Of a stretch of 64,000 nt of DNA, positions 1 through 13,084 are shown in pieces. A program made the translations under genes and the position numbers. The notes below the pieces were generated by a model. The model worked only from the letters and a program-made list of their open reading frames with translations. It was not told where the DNA came from and made no database searches. The stretch comes from Lama glama (taxonomy: Eukaryota). Numbering within the stretch: the stretch's first letter is position 1; the number at the start of each line of letters is the position of its first letter. The stretch spans positions 5,270,001-5,334,000 of the forward strand of contig CM052850.1 in NCBI GenBank assembly GCA_028534125.1. Direction: 5' to 3'.

Positions 1-345
1 TAACATCTCAATGAAACATTTGCTGGAATTTCTGCTTATTTCTTTAGGATAGATCCTAGAAGGGGACTTAGTGGTCCTAGGGGCATGCATATTTTTGAGA
101 ATTTGACTTCATATTGCAAATTTGCCCAGGAGAAAGGTTTTACCAACTAACACTCCAGCAGTGAGAGATGGGCCATCTCATCACCCCTGTTGAGTATTAG
201 AGTTCCTTTTAATCTCTGTTAATTTGTTAGATGAAAATGCTATCTTGTTGTTTTATATTTGCATTTCTTTGATTACAAGCGATGTAGAACATTTATTTCA
301 TATGTCTATGAGTCATTTGCATTTTTTTCTTCCGGGAATTGTCTA
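1..345 (-). mobile_element. Old LINE-1 (L1M/L1ME-type) ORF2-end fragment, antisense
   Basis: Diverged match to antisense L1 motifs (gatagatcctagaagggga, tattgcaaatttgcc, tttgcatttctttgatta, gaacatttatttcatatgt). Confidence 0.75.
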
Positions 346-1007
346 AATGGATTCTCCAGTCCCCCAAACACCAAACTGTGACACAGAAAGCAACACAGGA
401 AGCCAGCAGTGCCATGCTGTTGGCACTGTTTCTGAAGTGTGGGTGTCGAGCAGGCTTCTCTTACTCCCTCTCATCATCCTTGTTCTGATTACTTTCTCTC
501 CAGTCATCTCTCTAGCCTTGGTCTCCCTCGTAGCATCTCATTGTACCAGGCTGCAGTCATGGCTAAAACGGAAATTTTTGAGAGAAAAGGCCAAATGTGA
601 TCAAAATTAGTTTTGAGTGGGACAGCCTTATTGAGGGAAAAAATCCATGAAGTGTCCCCATTATGAAGGGCTCTTGTAACCAACTGCTACGTTCCCATGG
701 CAAAGAGGTAGTGGGCACATCCTCTTCCAAAGGGCCAGTGATTAAGAGCACAGCCCGCCTCTCTGGCTTTAGGCTTGAATCCACTGTCCCAGGTGATAAA
801 GCTTAAACTTCTCTTCCGGGAAACATTCTTATTTATTTCATAGACATTGCATTACCCCTGATTGTCTATTTGGTGCTTTTAAGAAGAGAGAAGAAAGAAT
901 CTAAACTTCCCCAAAGTGAGTTTTACTTTTCAGCTAGTGTGAGATAAAAGACAGATTGAAACAGAGCCAGAGGGACCTGCCCTTCACCCTCCATCTTCAT
1001 CGGAGTT

Positions 1008-1139
1008 NNNNNNNNNNNNNNNNNNNNNNNNNNNNNNNNNNNNNNNNNNNNNNNNNNNNNNNNNNNNNNNNNNNNNNNNNNNNNNNNNNNNNNNNNNNNN
1101 NNNNNNNNNNNNNNNNNNNNNNNNNNNNNNNNNNNNNNN
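1008..1139. other. Assembly gap (132 N)
   Basis: Run of N in sequence. Confidence 1.
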
Positions 1140-2423
1140 AGATTCTGGTGGTGCAAAACAGGCATGTGCTCTGTGATGCTCTGTGAAGCAGAAACCATGT
1201 GTATCCTTGAGGGGAAAAGGTGAATTAACTGAATGCCAAGGGAAGTAAGGCTTTATCAAGGCTGGGCAACTCTCGTGAGATCCAGTGATGGAGAAGAGGG
1301 GGAAGGGAAGGAGCTAGTGCCATTGAGCTGGATTAGGGTAATCTGGTTTCCACAGAGCAGGAGTAGCTGGCCTTCCCAGGGAGTGAGGAAAGATTCATCC
1401 AAGGCAATTTGCTTGTTTTTATGGACAATAACCTACTGCCAGTCAGGGAGCAAAGAAATGCATTTAGTTTTGGAGAAAACAGTAGCGGTCCCAGTCCCAT
1501 TTCCTTTGTGATATAGATTTCTTTGGATGGTCTCTGATTTACTTCTGGAAATATGTGCTGGTGCAGAGCGAGGCTTAAGTGACAATGGAGCTGGCTTTGG
1601 CTAAAATAAGAACTAAACTACGGTTTAACGGAACTGACAAGGCGTAGGTAGCATGGAGCTGAGTGAGTCGCTCCTTGTTTCATGAGATAGTCAGCAAGTG
1701 CTGAGAGCCTTCCCCACGCTGTGACAATGGCCCTTCTGCCCAGCTTAGCCACGCAAGGTCTTGTTCTGATCTTCTATCAACCCTCGGGGACCTCCCTCTC
1801 TCACTTCTGGTGCTTTCTTTATTGATGGACATCTGAACTTCAGATCTCAGATTAAAGCCCTTTGTAGGGGCATGGATTCATGCTTAAGAATGTTAACCAC
1901 CTGGCTTCGTCTTAATTCTCACTTACAGAAAAAAATCTGAAACTATTTCATGAGCTATCTCTCACGAAATTAAGTGTTTCCAAAAAACCATATAGATTGG
2001 CCATCTGGCCCTCTGCTTTTCAAAAGGATAATTTTAGTGCTGCTCCCTTATCTTAGGAAGAGCAATTTATTTTAGTCCCCAGGCCCTCTTCCAGGATTGA
2101 AAAATAGCAGATCACATAAATGCAACTTGAAAAATCTAAAAATAATAATTGTACATGGGTGTGTATGTCTTTGAACACAATAAAAGGGTTTTGCCCACAT
2201 TCTAGACCTCCAGTAAAATTTCCTGGTCTTTTGTGTTAGGTCTCTTATTACAAGCCACAAAACCGGTCTTTGCTCTGATTTTTATGGCCAGGTACAAACC
2301 TCAATGGGGTAAGTTTGGAAAAATAGGTAAATCAGATTCAGAGCTCTCAGAATTTAAAATATATGTTGACTAAGTGTAGATACATAAGAGGATTAAAGCT
2401 GAATACAAGAAGATTGTATATTA

Positions 2424-2504
2424 TATGTGTCTATATGTATGACTGAAGCATTATGCTGTACACCAGAACTTGACACATTGCAACTGACTATACTTCAATA
2501 AAAA
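2424..2504 (+). mobile_element. Young, extremely 5'-truncated LINE-1 3' tail with TSD
   Basis: tatgactgaagcattatgctgtacaccagaacttgacacattgcaactgactatacttcaataaaaaaa; TSD aagaag(a/c)ttgtatatta at 2407-2423 and 2505-2521. Confidence 0.9.
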
Positions 2505-2539
2505 AAGAAGCTTGTATATTACATTTCTATATATGCCAA

Positions 2540-2670
2540 AGTTTCTTGAAGCAGAGGCTGCATATTTGTACTTCTATCCAGCAATACTAGGCACAGGGTA
2601 GATGTTCAATAGATGTTCAATAGATGCTCAATTCATATGCACTGAATGTGTCAAGTATTTATTGAATGTG
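2540..2670 (+). mobile_element. L2 3' end fragment containing a 3x 11-bp tandem (tagatgttcaa) at 2599-2631
   Basis: L2-like tail motifs (ttcttgaagcagagg...ggcacagggtagatgttcaata...tgaatg). Confidence 0.55.
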
Positions 2671-3393
2671 TTAAACAGCTTTTACAGTTACCGTATGTCC
2701 TGGTGGGCTAATCATGTTACTGGAGGTGTGAACAGAAGCAGAAGTAGACATGGTGTGGGAAAATACTGAGCTGGAGTGAGCATGTCCCACTTCATGGAAC
2801 CCATCAGGGATGCCTGTGAGGTCCGAGAGCCCCAGGGCTGGGTCTTTGTGCTCCAGAAATTGGTAGCTGGGTGTAACTCAGGCTGGACTCTGATCAAAGA
2901 GAAGGATCTCTATAGACATGTAACCTTGGAGGGGAGTTGGGCAATAACCACTTTCTCTGCCTCCCACTGCCTTTCCAAGTCCACTCTGTGGGGCTGCTTT
3001 ATCCTCTGTCCCCCAGAAGGAACACAGGCAGGTCCAATGACTCTTCTGCCCAAACGAAAGCAACACAAGTAGTCCTCTTACCACTTCAAGTCATGTAACG
3101 TCATCTTGGGATGATAAATAATACATCTGGTCCCACGTTATAGTTAAAATTAATTTTGTTTTAATTAAGACATTCTCCCTTTCTCCCAGTTCAGGCTTTA
3201 TTCCAGGCAGGAGACCACGGTCAGGGAAAGGGATGTTCTCAACTTTTCTCTTCTCTCTCCTCACTGGGCACTTCTAGCCTCCTGCCACGTTCTACTGACT
3301 CTTGGATTCTGATGAGAGAGACCAAACATCCTGGTTTCCTCAGGCTGGCCCCAGATACTTGTTGCCCGGACCTAGTAATTATTAGTTCCCCTT

Positions 3394-3723
3394 TGTATCT
3401 GAGTTCTTCAGAGGACTACAGCCAATAGGAGATTATATATCATATGTATTGTAATTGGCTCATGCAATTAGGGCAGATTGGCAGGCTGGAAACTCAGGCA
3501 GGACTTCTATATTACAATTTTGAGGCAGAAATCCTTCTTCTCTGGGAAACCTTGGTTTTTGCTCTTAGGGCTTTGAACTACGTGGATGAGGCTCTCTCAA
3601 TATTGAGGGTACTCAGGTTCAACTGATTGTGTTAACCACAGAACACCTTCGTAGCAACATCCAAACTAGTGTTTGCCCAACAACTGGGCACCATAGCCTC
3701 GCCAGGTTGACACAGGAGGTGAG
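3394..3723 (-). mobile_element. ERVL LTR, MLT2-type, antisense
   Basis: cagccaataggagattatata, ggcaggctggaaactcaggcagga, cttctctgggaaacct, caactgggcaccatagcctcgccaggttgacaca match the recalled MLT2 reverse complement. Confidence 0.8.
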
Positions 3724-4265
3724 CCCTTATCCTTTTCCTTCTCAGATGTCTCTCCATTTGGGAAATAAATTATATGGCCACCCCAGCTCTGACCCCTCCC
3801 AGGAGCATGCGGGGAGGAGGAGGAGTTAAGGACACAGGAAACTTCTCTCTTAATGATACCCCAAGGTACCTGGTGTTGGCACTCTCGGGCTTGGCAGATG
3901 TTTAAACCTGACTCTTGCTTGTGGGGGCATGTTTGGGGTTCTTTAGAGATGCTACCTTCCCTCTCTCAGCCCTAGGGATCTCTACTCTTGCTTCCCCACA
4001 GCGCACGGGCACCTCTGTTCTGGTAGCTCTGGGACTTGGCCCCAGTGTAATTAACTCTTTTACTCTGCCAGCAAAACAGCTGGAGAGCCCGTGCCTCACC
4101 CTTTAGATTTTACAATGGGAGTCAGATGTGTGCACAAGAAGCACATTTTAGGCTTTCTGAGGAGTCCTTAAATGTGAGGTGAGAGCAGGACCCCTTTGCC
4201 TCTTACACATGTCTTCTTTGGAGGAAACTCGGCATTTAGACAACTCTTATCAAAAACCCTTTTGA

Positions 4266-4372
4266 CATATATATATTATATATATATGTAATATATAATA
4301 CAGATATAAATAAATACTATTATATATAATATATTATATATAAATGCTAATTATTTGTATTATACACATACA
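4266..4372. repeat. (TA)n-rich low-complexity tract
   Basis: atatatatattatatatatatgtaatatataat... Confidence 0.9.
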
Positions 4373-5369
4373 TGTCTTAACAATCTTACATCCTTGATAT
4401 GAATGAGGGAATTAAGGATTGATTCGTTTTTGTTTACTCCTTTGAAATTCTGCATCATGGCAAAGTGATACCTATGTTTGAAGATTTTAGCCTAAAGTCC
4501 CATTTTAATATTCTACACCAATGTACACAAATATACATACTGGTGTGCATTTACCTATAAATATTATCAGCCCACAGACCTCCCAGTAGCAAAGAAAGTT
4601 GGGCTGGGGCACTGTGCCTCACACAGCCCTTCTTTATTTCTTCTTCAGTGCTTTCCTGGATGTTTGCTGCGACCTCGCTTTACAGCAGGCGTGTGTGTGC
4701 ACGTGTGTGTGTTTGGAGGTGGCAGGGAGAGTCTGACTCTCAAGGGGGTGATTAGTCTGGGTCCTCATATTTCTCTGGGTTCAACCCTGGGTCTCACATC
4801 AGACAGGCTGTCTGGCTGCTGGGTAAGCCAAGCAGTAGGATGAAGGCTATTGCTGGCATCACCCTTTGCTACAAAGGCATTTAAAACAAGGCTGGAGGCA
4901 ATTAGGACATCAAATAACCCTATGGCTCTTATAATATGAAATTCTTGAATGTTTAAAAGGTAAATAGCCTTGAAATTTTTAATGGAAAGAAAATATCCCT
5001 TTAAGTCATCAAGGAGGGTGGGGAGCCCCAGCCTTTGAAAAATAGTTGGGAAGGTTTGAAGAATTCATAAGTCAAAAGAAGCTGGGTTACATCCATAAAT
5101 ATGCAGCACTTCAAGTGATAAAATGAGGGCCAATTCGGAGGCCCATTTGAGAAGGTGAGCAGAGCGTAATTAAAGTAATTGGCTTCATAGCCAGTTTGGA
5201 ACTCTGTCTGTAGGGAAGTGGTTACTGTGAGATACTCACAGACAACCCCGAGGAAATGAGCACACAGAACTGCATCGAAGAAGGAGATAAGCAGAGGTGG
5301 GAGTGAACAGACCCTGATTCTGCTGTAAATAACTTACAATCTGGGTGGCCTTGAGGATACAGGAAGGAC

Positions 5370-5492
5370 TTCCTCTGCCTGGATGTTCTCACCTGTAAAT
5401 TGGTACCTATGTCATGGCGTGGTTGTGAGACTCCTAGCAGTGTCCTTGATACACAGTAAGTGTTCAGCAAACATATTATTATTATTATATCT
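5370..5492 (+). mobile_element. MIR 3' fragment
   Basis: ctcacctgtaaattgg...ggttgtgaga...acacagtaagtgttcagcaaacatattattattatt. Confidence 0.65.
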
Positions 5493-5526
5493 ACATTTTT
5501 TTTTCTCCTAGAAGCACCAAAAGGCT

Positions 5527-6026
5527 NNNNNNNNNNNNNNNNNNNNNNNNNNNNNNNNNNNNNNNNNNNNNNNNNNNNNNNNNNNNNNNNNNNNNNNNNN
5601 NNNNNNNNNNNNNNNNNNNNNNNNNNNNNNNNNNNNNNNNNNNNNNNNNNNNNNNNNNNNNNNNNNNNNNNNNNNNNNNNNNNNNNNNNNNNNNNNNNNN
5701 NNNNNNNNNNNNNNNNNNNNNNNNNNNNNNNNNNNNNNNNNNNNNNNNNNNNNNNNNNNNNNNNNNNNNNNNNNNNNNNNNNNNNNNNNNNNNNNNNNNN
5801 NNNNNNNNNNNNNNNNNNNNNNNNNNNNNNNNNNNNNNNNNNNNNNNNNNNNNNNNNNNNNNNNNNNNNNNNNNNNNNNNNNNNNNNNNNNNNNNNNNNN
5901 NNNNNNNNNNNNNNNNNNNNNNNNNNNNNNNNNNNNNNNNNNNNNNNNNNNNNNNNNNNNNNNNNNNNNNNNNNNNNNNNNNNNNNNNNNNNNNNNNNNN
6001 NNNNNNNNNNNNNNNNNNNNNNNNNN
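5527..6026. other. Assembly gap (exactly 500 N, probably an unsized scaffold join)
   Basis: Run of 500 N. Confidence 1.
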
Positions 6027-7268
6027 GTAAACATTCTACTTTTGTGCATAGGGATTGTTTTTCCTTGTCACAGCATATTTCTTTCCAGCTCAGGAACCAC
6101 CACTAAGCCAGGGGCCACATTTCCTGTCTGAAACTGACAACGGATTGTGCAGCTGGGCAGCCGTTCCCTTACAGCCTAGGTCAGCAGGGTTAGGGGTTGG
6201 CAGAGGGAAGGACAAGGTAAAGTATCTCCCTTTTCTTGGTTACTTGATTGATGAGCCTTGGTGTGTCACCTGCCTAGCAGATGGTGGGCACTCTTACAAA
6301 GAAAGTTTAAGACATGGTGTATTTTAAAAGGATATATTATAAACATTTGCTGGCAACTTCCATGTCCCAGTGATGTGAATGGAATGGCTTTATCCAATGA
6401 CCAGCTGCTTATGGCAGCAAGGAGGAGGAGGTAATAAAAATATAACTATAGAGGACTTTAGTGTAAGATAAAGGAGCTAAAGGGTGCTCAATATAAAAAA
6501 GAAAAATATACAGGTCTTGAAATATATATATATATATAAATAAATAAATAGTCTTGGAAAATCATTCCCAAGAGGCATTCTTTGAATAACTGATGGGTCA
6601 TATTAAAGTCACTTGAAAGATACAGCACCAAGTTCCAGCGTGAACGACTGGATATTCTCATAAGAATAAGTGACCTTCTTGTTATTCATTCTGGGGAGAG
6701 ATCTTCTTCAGTTTAGGAAATTGACAAGTGACAGTGGCTTCCTGGGCTATGTCTCCCCACCCAGTGGTTCCCTCAGAACCCTGGAAGTTGAACATCACTT
6801 TGCAGGTGTGGGGATGCTGAGCCGGGAGGGAAAGAACCGACATCTCGGTCTTCCTTTAGCCACAGGCCAGCTCTGTGACTTCATCCCAGTTTCTCATCAG
6901 TCCACTCTTCCAAGCAGGGGTGTCATCTGTGTGCCTGAGAACATCCTGGAGGAGGGACTTGAATTGGAGTCGCAGCAGCTTCGAAGCCTTAGTAAGGCTG
7001 CCCAGTAAGAGCCCCAGGGATGGAAGAAGCACAGAGAAGCCATCTGGGGTCCTGGCCACTTCTCTCTGAAGCCCTTTTGGGTTGACACAGAACCGGGCAC
7101 CAGCAGGAGACAGGCCTTTGCTTCTTAACAGCCCTCGGTCCATGCTCAGGAGCCCCTACTCTGGCATTGAAATTACAAACCGTGCACTCTGCAGGGTGGT
7201 TGGTGCTCTTGCATCACACGCTATAGTTTAGCATCATCGGAATCAGTTGGAAAACCCTTCATCTGTTC

Positions 7269-7420
7269 AGAGGCAGCATGGCTTTGTGAAAAGAGCCCAA
7301 ACTGGCATCAAAAGTCCCTAGGTTCAGACCCCATTGCTGGCTGAGTGACACCGAATGAGCCAGGTTAGCCGTCTAGACGTAGTTGCTACATCTCTAAGAC
7401 AGGAATGAAATGATCACACA
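7269..7420 (+). mobile_element. MIR SINE fragment
   Basis: gaggcagcatggc...gaaaagagccc...ctgagtgac...catctctaagacaggaatga. Confidence 0.6.
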
Positions 7421-8583
7421 TGGAAAATTCCCACCTTAACGTTAGCTGCAATCAGCACTCAAGTAGCCATCATTGTACTTACTCTTGCTGTGCTGTCTGT
7501 GAGGCTGGACGAAGGTAGAGGTAAAAGCCCTGCCCCTCTGTCCCAGACTCCAGGTGGAACTTGCTTCCTGACTTTCCCTGATGCCGTCCCTCGGCCCCCT
7601 CAACCCCCACGGCACACTCTGAGTCCCGACTTCCCTTAACAGTTCCTTAAGGGTGCCGTTGACGCTCGTCCCCTTGATAAGGACGATCACCAGCTCCCTG
7701 AGTGCACCGCGCACCCCCTGCCAGCTTGTCCCAGGTGCTCCCAAATGTGCGCGCTGCCACGCACTCCCTCCAACCTCTTCCCTAGGCTCCATGTGAAGCC
7801 ACAAAGAGACTGGGATGGTCCATGTCCAGGTGGAAGCCTTTTGGCCAGGCTGCAGGTGGTTTTAATGGTAATAGTGATAAAAATGTCATCATAGACACCA
7901 ATTACAGAATATCTTCTATGTGTTTAGGTGTTTTCCCTTTTCATCTCACAGAATCCTTACTGTAATCCTTTCGGACTCCAAGACCGTGTTCATTCCATTA
8001 AATGTTGACCAAACCTAGGACTGGATCATCCTGCCCTCCTTAGGCACCATTCATTCTTAAGGGTTCCCAAGGCCTAGAGTTTCAGATCATTTATTCATTC
8101 GGAATCAGGTAAGGAATCACAAAAGACAATTAGTTTGATAGTCACAGCTGGTCTCTTTTCTCCATCAATCAATACCCCATAGCCTATTGGACAATTTAGG
8201 AGTATTCTATAAATTAGAAAATGTGTCTTATTATAGGGACCCCAAGGGTTCAACAGTGGTTCTCAGCCCCCTGAGTTTCTCTGTGACCTTCAGCAGCTAA
8301 ACCAGGCTTAAGGCGGCAGGTGCTTGCCGGGCGGGTCTGTAAAGAGAAAGAGACACTCTCCTGCGTGAGAATCTCAAGCCTTGCCTGGGTCTGGGAGAGC
8401 AGCCTCCTTCCTTAAAGCTCAAGCAGCAAGACAACATGTGACTCGGTTATGCTCACGGAGTAGTACTCAGGTGAAAGAAATGAAAAAATGAAAAAAAATT
8501 AGGAGAGATGAAAAAATTAAGGTGTGTTTATGTGAGTGTTTTTGTGTGTGTCTTGGGGGAGGGGGATGGAAATAATGCTGCAG

Positions 8584-8696
8584 GCGGGTAACCCATCAGC
8601 CCGCTTTGCCTGGGACTGAGGAGTTTCCTGGCACACAGGACTGTCACTGCTAAAACCGAGACAGTCCGAGGCCAACCAGGATGGTTGGTAAGCTTA
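8584..8696 (-). mobile_element. MER81-type hAT-Blackjack MITE
   Basis: About 113 bp with inverted ends gggtaacccatcagcccgctttgcctgggactg ... cagtccgaggccaaccaggatggttggtaagctta; internal ctgctaaaaccg. Confidence 0.8.
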
Positions 8697-8739
8697 GCTG
8701 TAGGAGCGGGTCACACTTAGTGGGTAAGGCACAATTGTG

Positions 8740-8925
8740 ATTGATGGTTTAGGGTTGGAGTCAGACTACTTGGGTTCAAAGCTGCTTAGGTCTACCTGGG
8801 CAAAACAGATCCCGTGCCTCAGTTTCCTCACCTGCAAATTGGGGATGGAATCGTACCTACTTCAGAGGTTGTTGTGAAGCTTGAATGACACACCCAGTGT
8901 AGAGTCCCTGACACACAGACGTGAC
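8740..8925 (+). mobile_element. MIR SINE
   Basis: ggagtcagactacttgggttcaaa...gtgcctcagtttcctcacctgcaaattggggat...ttcagaggttgttgtgaag. Confidence 0.85.
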
Positions 8926-9418
8926 TGATGCCAGCGTACTGATCTCTCACTGGCAGCACAGCTAGTCCCATGGGCACTCTTTCTCGAGTCTAGTTGACAC
9001 AAGACCATATTGGACCCCCTGGTGTCGGCACTGGGACAGAGTGCTGTCCCCTTGGTGTGGCTGCACAACTTCCTGTGCGGTGTTTATTATTCACTGGAGG
9101 GTTTTTAGGCAGACTGAAAGCTCTGTGGGGGGTCGGAGGACCCAGGGCCACTCCAGGATTAGCATCTTTCCAAAGACAGAGTCTGTGTCCTGAGCACAAG
9201 CCTCAGAGCCCAGGAAGGGGGAGGTTGAGTTGTCAGTAGGCAGAGGACCCAGGTCCCCATTAGTTCCCCTCTTTGAAGAAAGGGTGTGTGGGGGAGGAGA
9301 AGATGGGGAGATGGGGAAGGGGCGCTCCAATGCAGTGGCTACCCAACACTGGGGTCTGTCTCACAAACACACCAGACCCCCTTCTCGTAGTCACACTGTG
9401 ATGACTCAGTCTCTCCTT

Positions 9419-9457
9419 ACGCACACACACACACACACACACACAAACGCACACACA
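9419..9457. repeat. (CA)n microsatellite
   Basis: acgcacacacacacacacacacacacaaacgcacacaca. Confidence 0.95.
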
Positions 9458-10599
9458 GAGTTTCTCCTGGTTCAGCATCCTCCAGAAGGCCAGATGTAGG
9501 GCCTGCTTTCCCCAGATTGCCTGATCCCTCTTCTCATCTGCATTAGCTGTGCAGACGCCGCAGACCTCCTTCTTCAAATCTCTCCCAGTGCCTGTTTCTG
9601 TCGCGGTGCTTTTCCATGCCTGACTTTTCTTCCCCTGGCTTTGAAGAGTGGGGGCCCTGCTTTGTAGGATAACAAATAGAACTGTCAAACACATCAGCGC
9701 TGCCGCCTGCAAAGATAAATGGGGCGACACGTGGAGCAACCTCTGTGGATCCCGGGGCCCCAGCAGGAGCTGACATTGTGACAGATGGGGGGACGAGTGG
9801 CGCTGACACAATCGGGTCGCGTGAATGTCGAGGGGTGAGGGTGGTGTCTGCTCCTCTGTCGGCTCCCCTCCCTCTCCACCACGCACAAACTATGTCGCTG
9901 GAGATCATAAAGAGAGAGCAGGCAGGTCACCGCCCCTCACCAGCCTTGTGCATCTTCCCTGTCGGCGGCACCGGGCCACGAAGCAGGCTGTCTGCAGAGC
10001 ATCCTGCTGTCTCAGGGATGACAACTGAGTTACATGCAAAGAACGTGGTCCTGGGCAAAGACCAGGGCAAAGTTTGTCTTTGCCTTCAACCTCACCTTTT
10101 CTCAGCCATGCCCTGCTTGTTTACGCTTTCTCCTCAGTCCTTCCAGCAGGCTCACCTCATCCTGCCTCTCACCCAGAAACCCCTCCCAGGCCTTGCCAAT
10201 CAGCCTGTGCAACTGATGTTTCCACTCTGTCCTCTGATACCAAAATTGCACCCTCTGTGTCCCGTTTCGTCGGGCATCGGTAGGGCGTCCTGCTGATGGC
10301 TCTCCAGCTACCCTTCTTGCTAGACAGGGTAGACGGCAGCACACTCCCAGGGAGGGGCATTCTGGAGTGTCTGGTGGAGGATGGCTGATGAGGCTGGAAA
10401 GCCACTCCAAAGGGGTCCAAATGCTGAGAGCATCTGGAGACAGAAATTCTGGGTGGTAATCATTCACTTCCGATTTCCTTTTTCATTCTGCCTAAAGGGA
10501 AGCTTTCCTTTACTCATGGGTGCTGTTCTGAGCTGGGGTCTTCTCTAGGTCCCTGCTTTCAATCTCCATTGCCGCTGGGCCATCTGGGCCCCAAAGAGT

Positions 10600-11000
10600 C
10601 AATTCAACTCATTAAACGCATAGTGAGGTTCCACTTTCTGTAAAGCAATATGCTGACTGCTCGGAGTTGGGGGAGGCAGAGGGGTGGCTGCAAAGATAAA
10701 TAAGCCACAGCCGGTGGCACGTGGGGACTTGCAACTTAGTTGCGAAGAGAGACATATATGAGTAGTTCTGGTGTGAGGCCAGCCATGAAAAAGAGTTAAA
10801 GGGGCAGAATGAGAACAGGAGGAGGAAGATTACTCTTGGCTTGAGAGGACCAAGGACATCGTCCAGGAAGAGGTGGGGTTTGGCAGAGCCTGGAAGGATG
10901 AAGAGGATCTAGACAGGTTGAAATGATAGGAAAAAAAGACTCTCTGTAGAGGGAAGAGTATGAATTCAGACAGATGGGAGATGCAGAGTGCTCTAGGTCT
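10600..11000 (-). mobile_element. L2 LINE 3' region, antisense
   Basis: attcaactcattaaacgcatagtgagg..., aagataaataagccacag, ggaagaggtggggtttggcagagcctggaaggatga. Confidence 0.65.
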
Positions 11001-11354
11001 GGATTTGGTCAGATATGACTAGGGCACATGAGGAGCGTGTGTCTATGCAGGTGCAAGCAAGCAAGAGAGAGGAAACATTGGGATCTTTTGATCTGATTGA
11101 GAAAATCTTTTGTTGGAAGAAAGGATCGGGCACAGCCTTAGGAGTTTGAATCTTGCTCTGTATTCAGCATTGGGTGGGGAGACAGAATGCTTCTGCTGCA
11201 AACTTCTCAATGGAATTGGAGGCTGCTCTTGGTAATAAGAAAGGAGGTAATCATCACACAGACCTCGTGGATGCTCTTAAAAACTGGGGGTGATGGGCAG
11301 TAGGGAAGAAAAAAAAGGACAGAGGGGAGAAGCAGTACAGAATGTCTCTGAGTA

Positions 11355-11548
11355 GAATGAATGAGCCTGTGCCAGTGACTGAACCTCCTTCAGTCCCAGG
11401 TTCTCCGTCGTAAATCGGGCTCACATATAATACCTGGTCTAACATGGGGATAACACTACTCCCCCCCAGGGCTTTTGGGAGGCTCGGGGAGGACATGTAT
11501 GTAAAGTGTTGAGCACAGGGCATCTCAGTACCTGGTGGCTATTGTGGT
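11355..11548 (+). mobile_element. MIR SINE fragments
   Basis: agtgactgaacctc..., taacatggggataacacta..., atgtaaagtgttgagcacagggc. Confidence 0.65.
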
Positions 11549-12384
11549 GATGATCCCCCTGCCTCCTGACCCGCTTTAGCAGGCCGGAGCTCTCCGACGC
11601 TGTGGATGGGCAGCTGTACGAAAGCAGCACGTGGTTTGTCCACAGGAACGACGCTGCTGACGGATGCTCAAAGCCTAGATGACGTGGAGACTTAACAAGA
11701 TCAATACCACTTTTGGAAAAGATTATATGCTGTACTAGGCAGCAAATAGACCATTGAAACTGGATTTGGAAAGCGTTTTTATGGAGTCTATTAGAGATGG
11801 GTAAACACACCAACACAGAGAAAAGTAAATAGTGGATTACACACATGCAGCCGGCCAGCACGCTTCCTCTTTGTGTCTCCCGTTCTCTCCCTTCCCCTCT
11901 CTTTCCCCATTTTCAGGTTTGAGTCAGTAGGACTGATCACATAACTCTTCTGAGAGAAGTGGAAGGAGAAAACTACACGGCATTATGGCTGGGCAGGCCT
12001 GGCTATCTAGAGCGTGTGAAATTTCAGTAGCGGAACAGGAAGCGATGCTTCAATTTACAACAGGCAGAGGGCAGGTTCTCCCTGATTAACAAACCTGATG
12101 GGTTTTCCAGGAATAACTGAAATCTTTTTGGTTAGCTTTTTAAGGTTACTCGTGAGCAATTTAGTGCCCTGGAGCAGTAACTTCATGTTCTCTAGTGGCT
12201 GGAAATAATTAGATTATTTTGTGCAATGAATAAATGAGAAGTTAACTCACTGGCATGGATTAGTGTGGTAACATGATTTATTTCCTGTAAAGGTGAATGC
12301 TCTAGGTTCTCGACCCTACAAATGATTGTTTTGACTCCCTCCCCCCTTTCTCATTTGTAATATGTTTTGGGTCATTTTGTGAGG

Positions 12385-12628
12385 GAGGCAGCCCAGAGGA
12401 GTGGGACGAGCATATGGACTTTGGGGTCAGCCAAATCTTGATTCAGTTTTTACTAGGCATGTGACCTTGGGCAAATCACTTAACGTGCCAGACCCCACTT
12501 CCTAATCAGGAAAGGGGTGGTTAATAATACTTACCTTATAGAAGAGGCGTGTGAATGAAGTCTGTTACTGAAGAGAAAGCGTCTAACTCAGCTTCTAGCC
12601 CACATTGGAAACTCAAACAAACATTAGA
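12385..12628 (+). mobile_element. MIR SINE, near full length
   Basis: gaggcagc...ggactttggggtcag...tgtgaccttgggcaaatcacttaac...taataatacttaccttata...ctcaaacaaacattag. Confidence 0.85.
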
Positions 12629-13084
12629 TTCGTTTCAGTCTCCCTCCCCACCATATCGTTTTAAAATGATTAATTGTTTATACCACGCATAAACAAGCAG
12701 CACATTAATTAATTATGATTTTTACTCATTTGTCAGGTTAGAAAGAACTTCCTTCTTGATAAAATGCTTTAATGAAAATGTTTACTGAGCCTGTGCTTCC
12801 GGGTGAACGGAGTGAGTTTAGCATTTGGCTTTGTGACCACTAATGACCCAATTCCAGGTAAAACCTTTATCTTCAAGCCAACCAATGATTACCTTAATAT
12901 GTAAAGTCTAAATGGAATCTTGATTAGGGGATTGGCTTTGCATTCTCTTCTGTAACGGCATTATATACAATGGACATTCTACAGCCCTTAGGTAAAGCAC
13001 AGGGGGATAAAAAACCAGCCAAATTGCATTTGGAGGTTGGAGGGCCATTAGAGTTTTGGTCAGTTGGAGACAGAAGCAGACCTT

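Noticed and set aside
5222-6131. Longest ORFs (275 aa and 223 aa) and the ORFs at 923-1259
   Set aside because: They run through N gaps and are artefacts.
7510-7830. Possible LTR16-like ERVL relic
   Set aside because: Only a faint motif resemblance; cannot be supported without a profile search.
9260-10296. 208-aa and 183-aa ORFs in a GC-rich stretch
   Set aside because: No recognisable domain; one crosses a (CA)n repeat; overlapping ORFs in many frames reflect stop-codon scarcity in GC-rich DNA.
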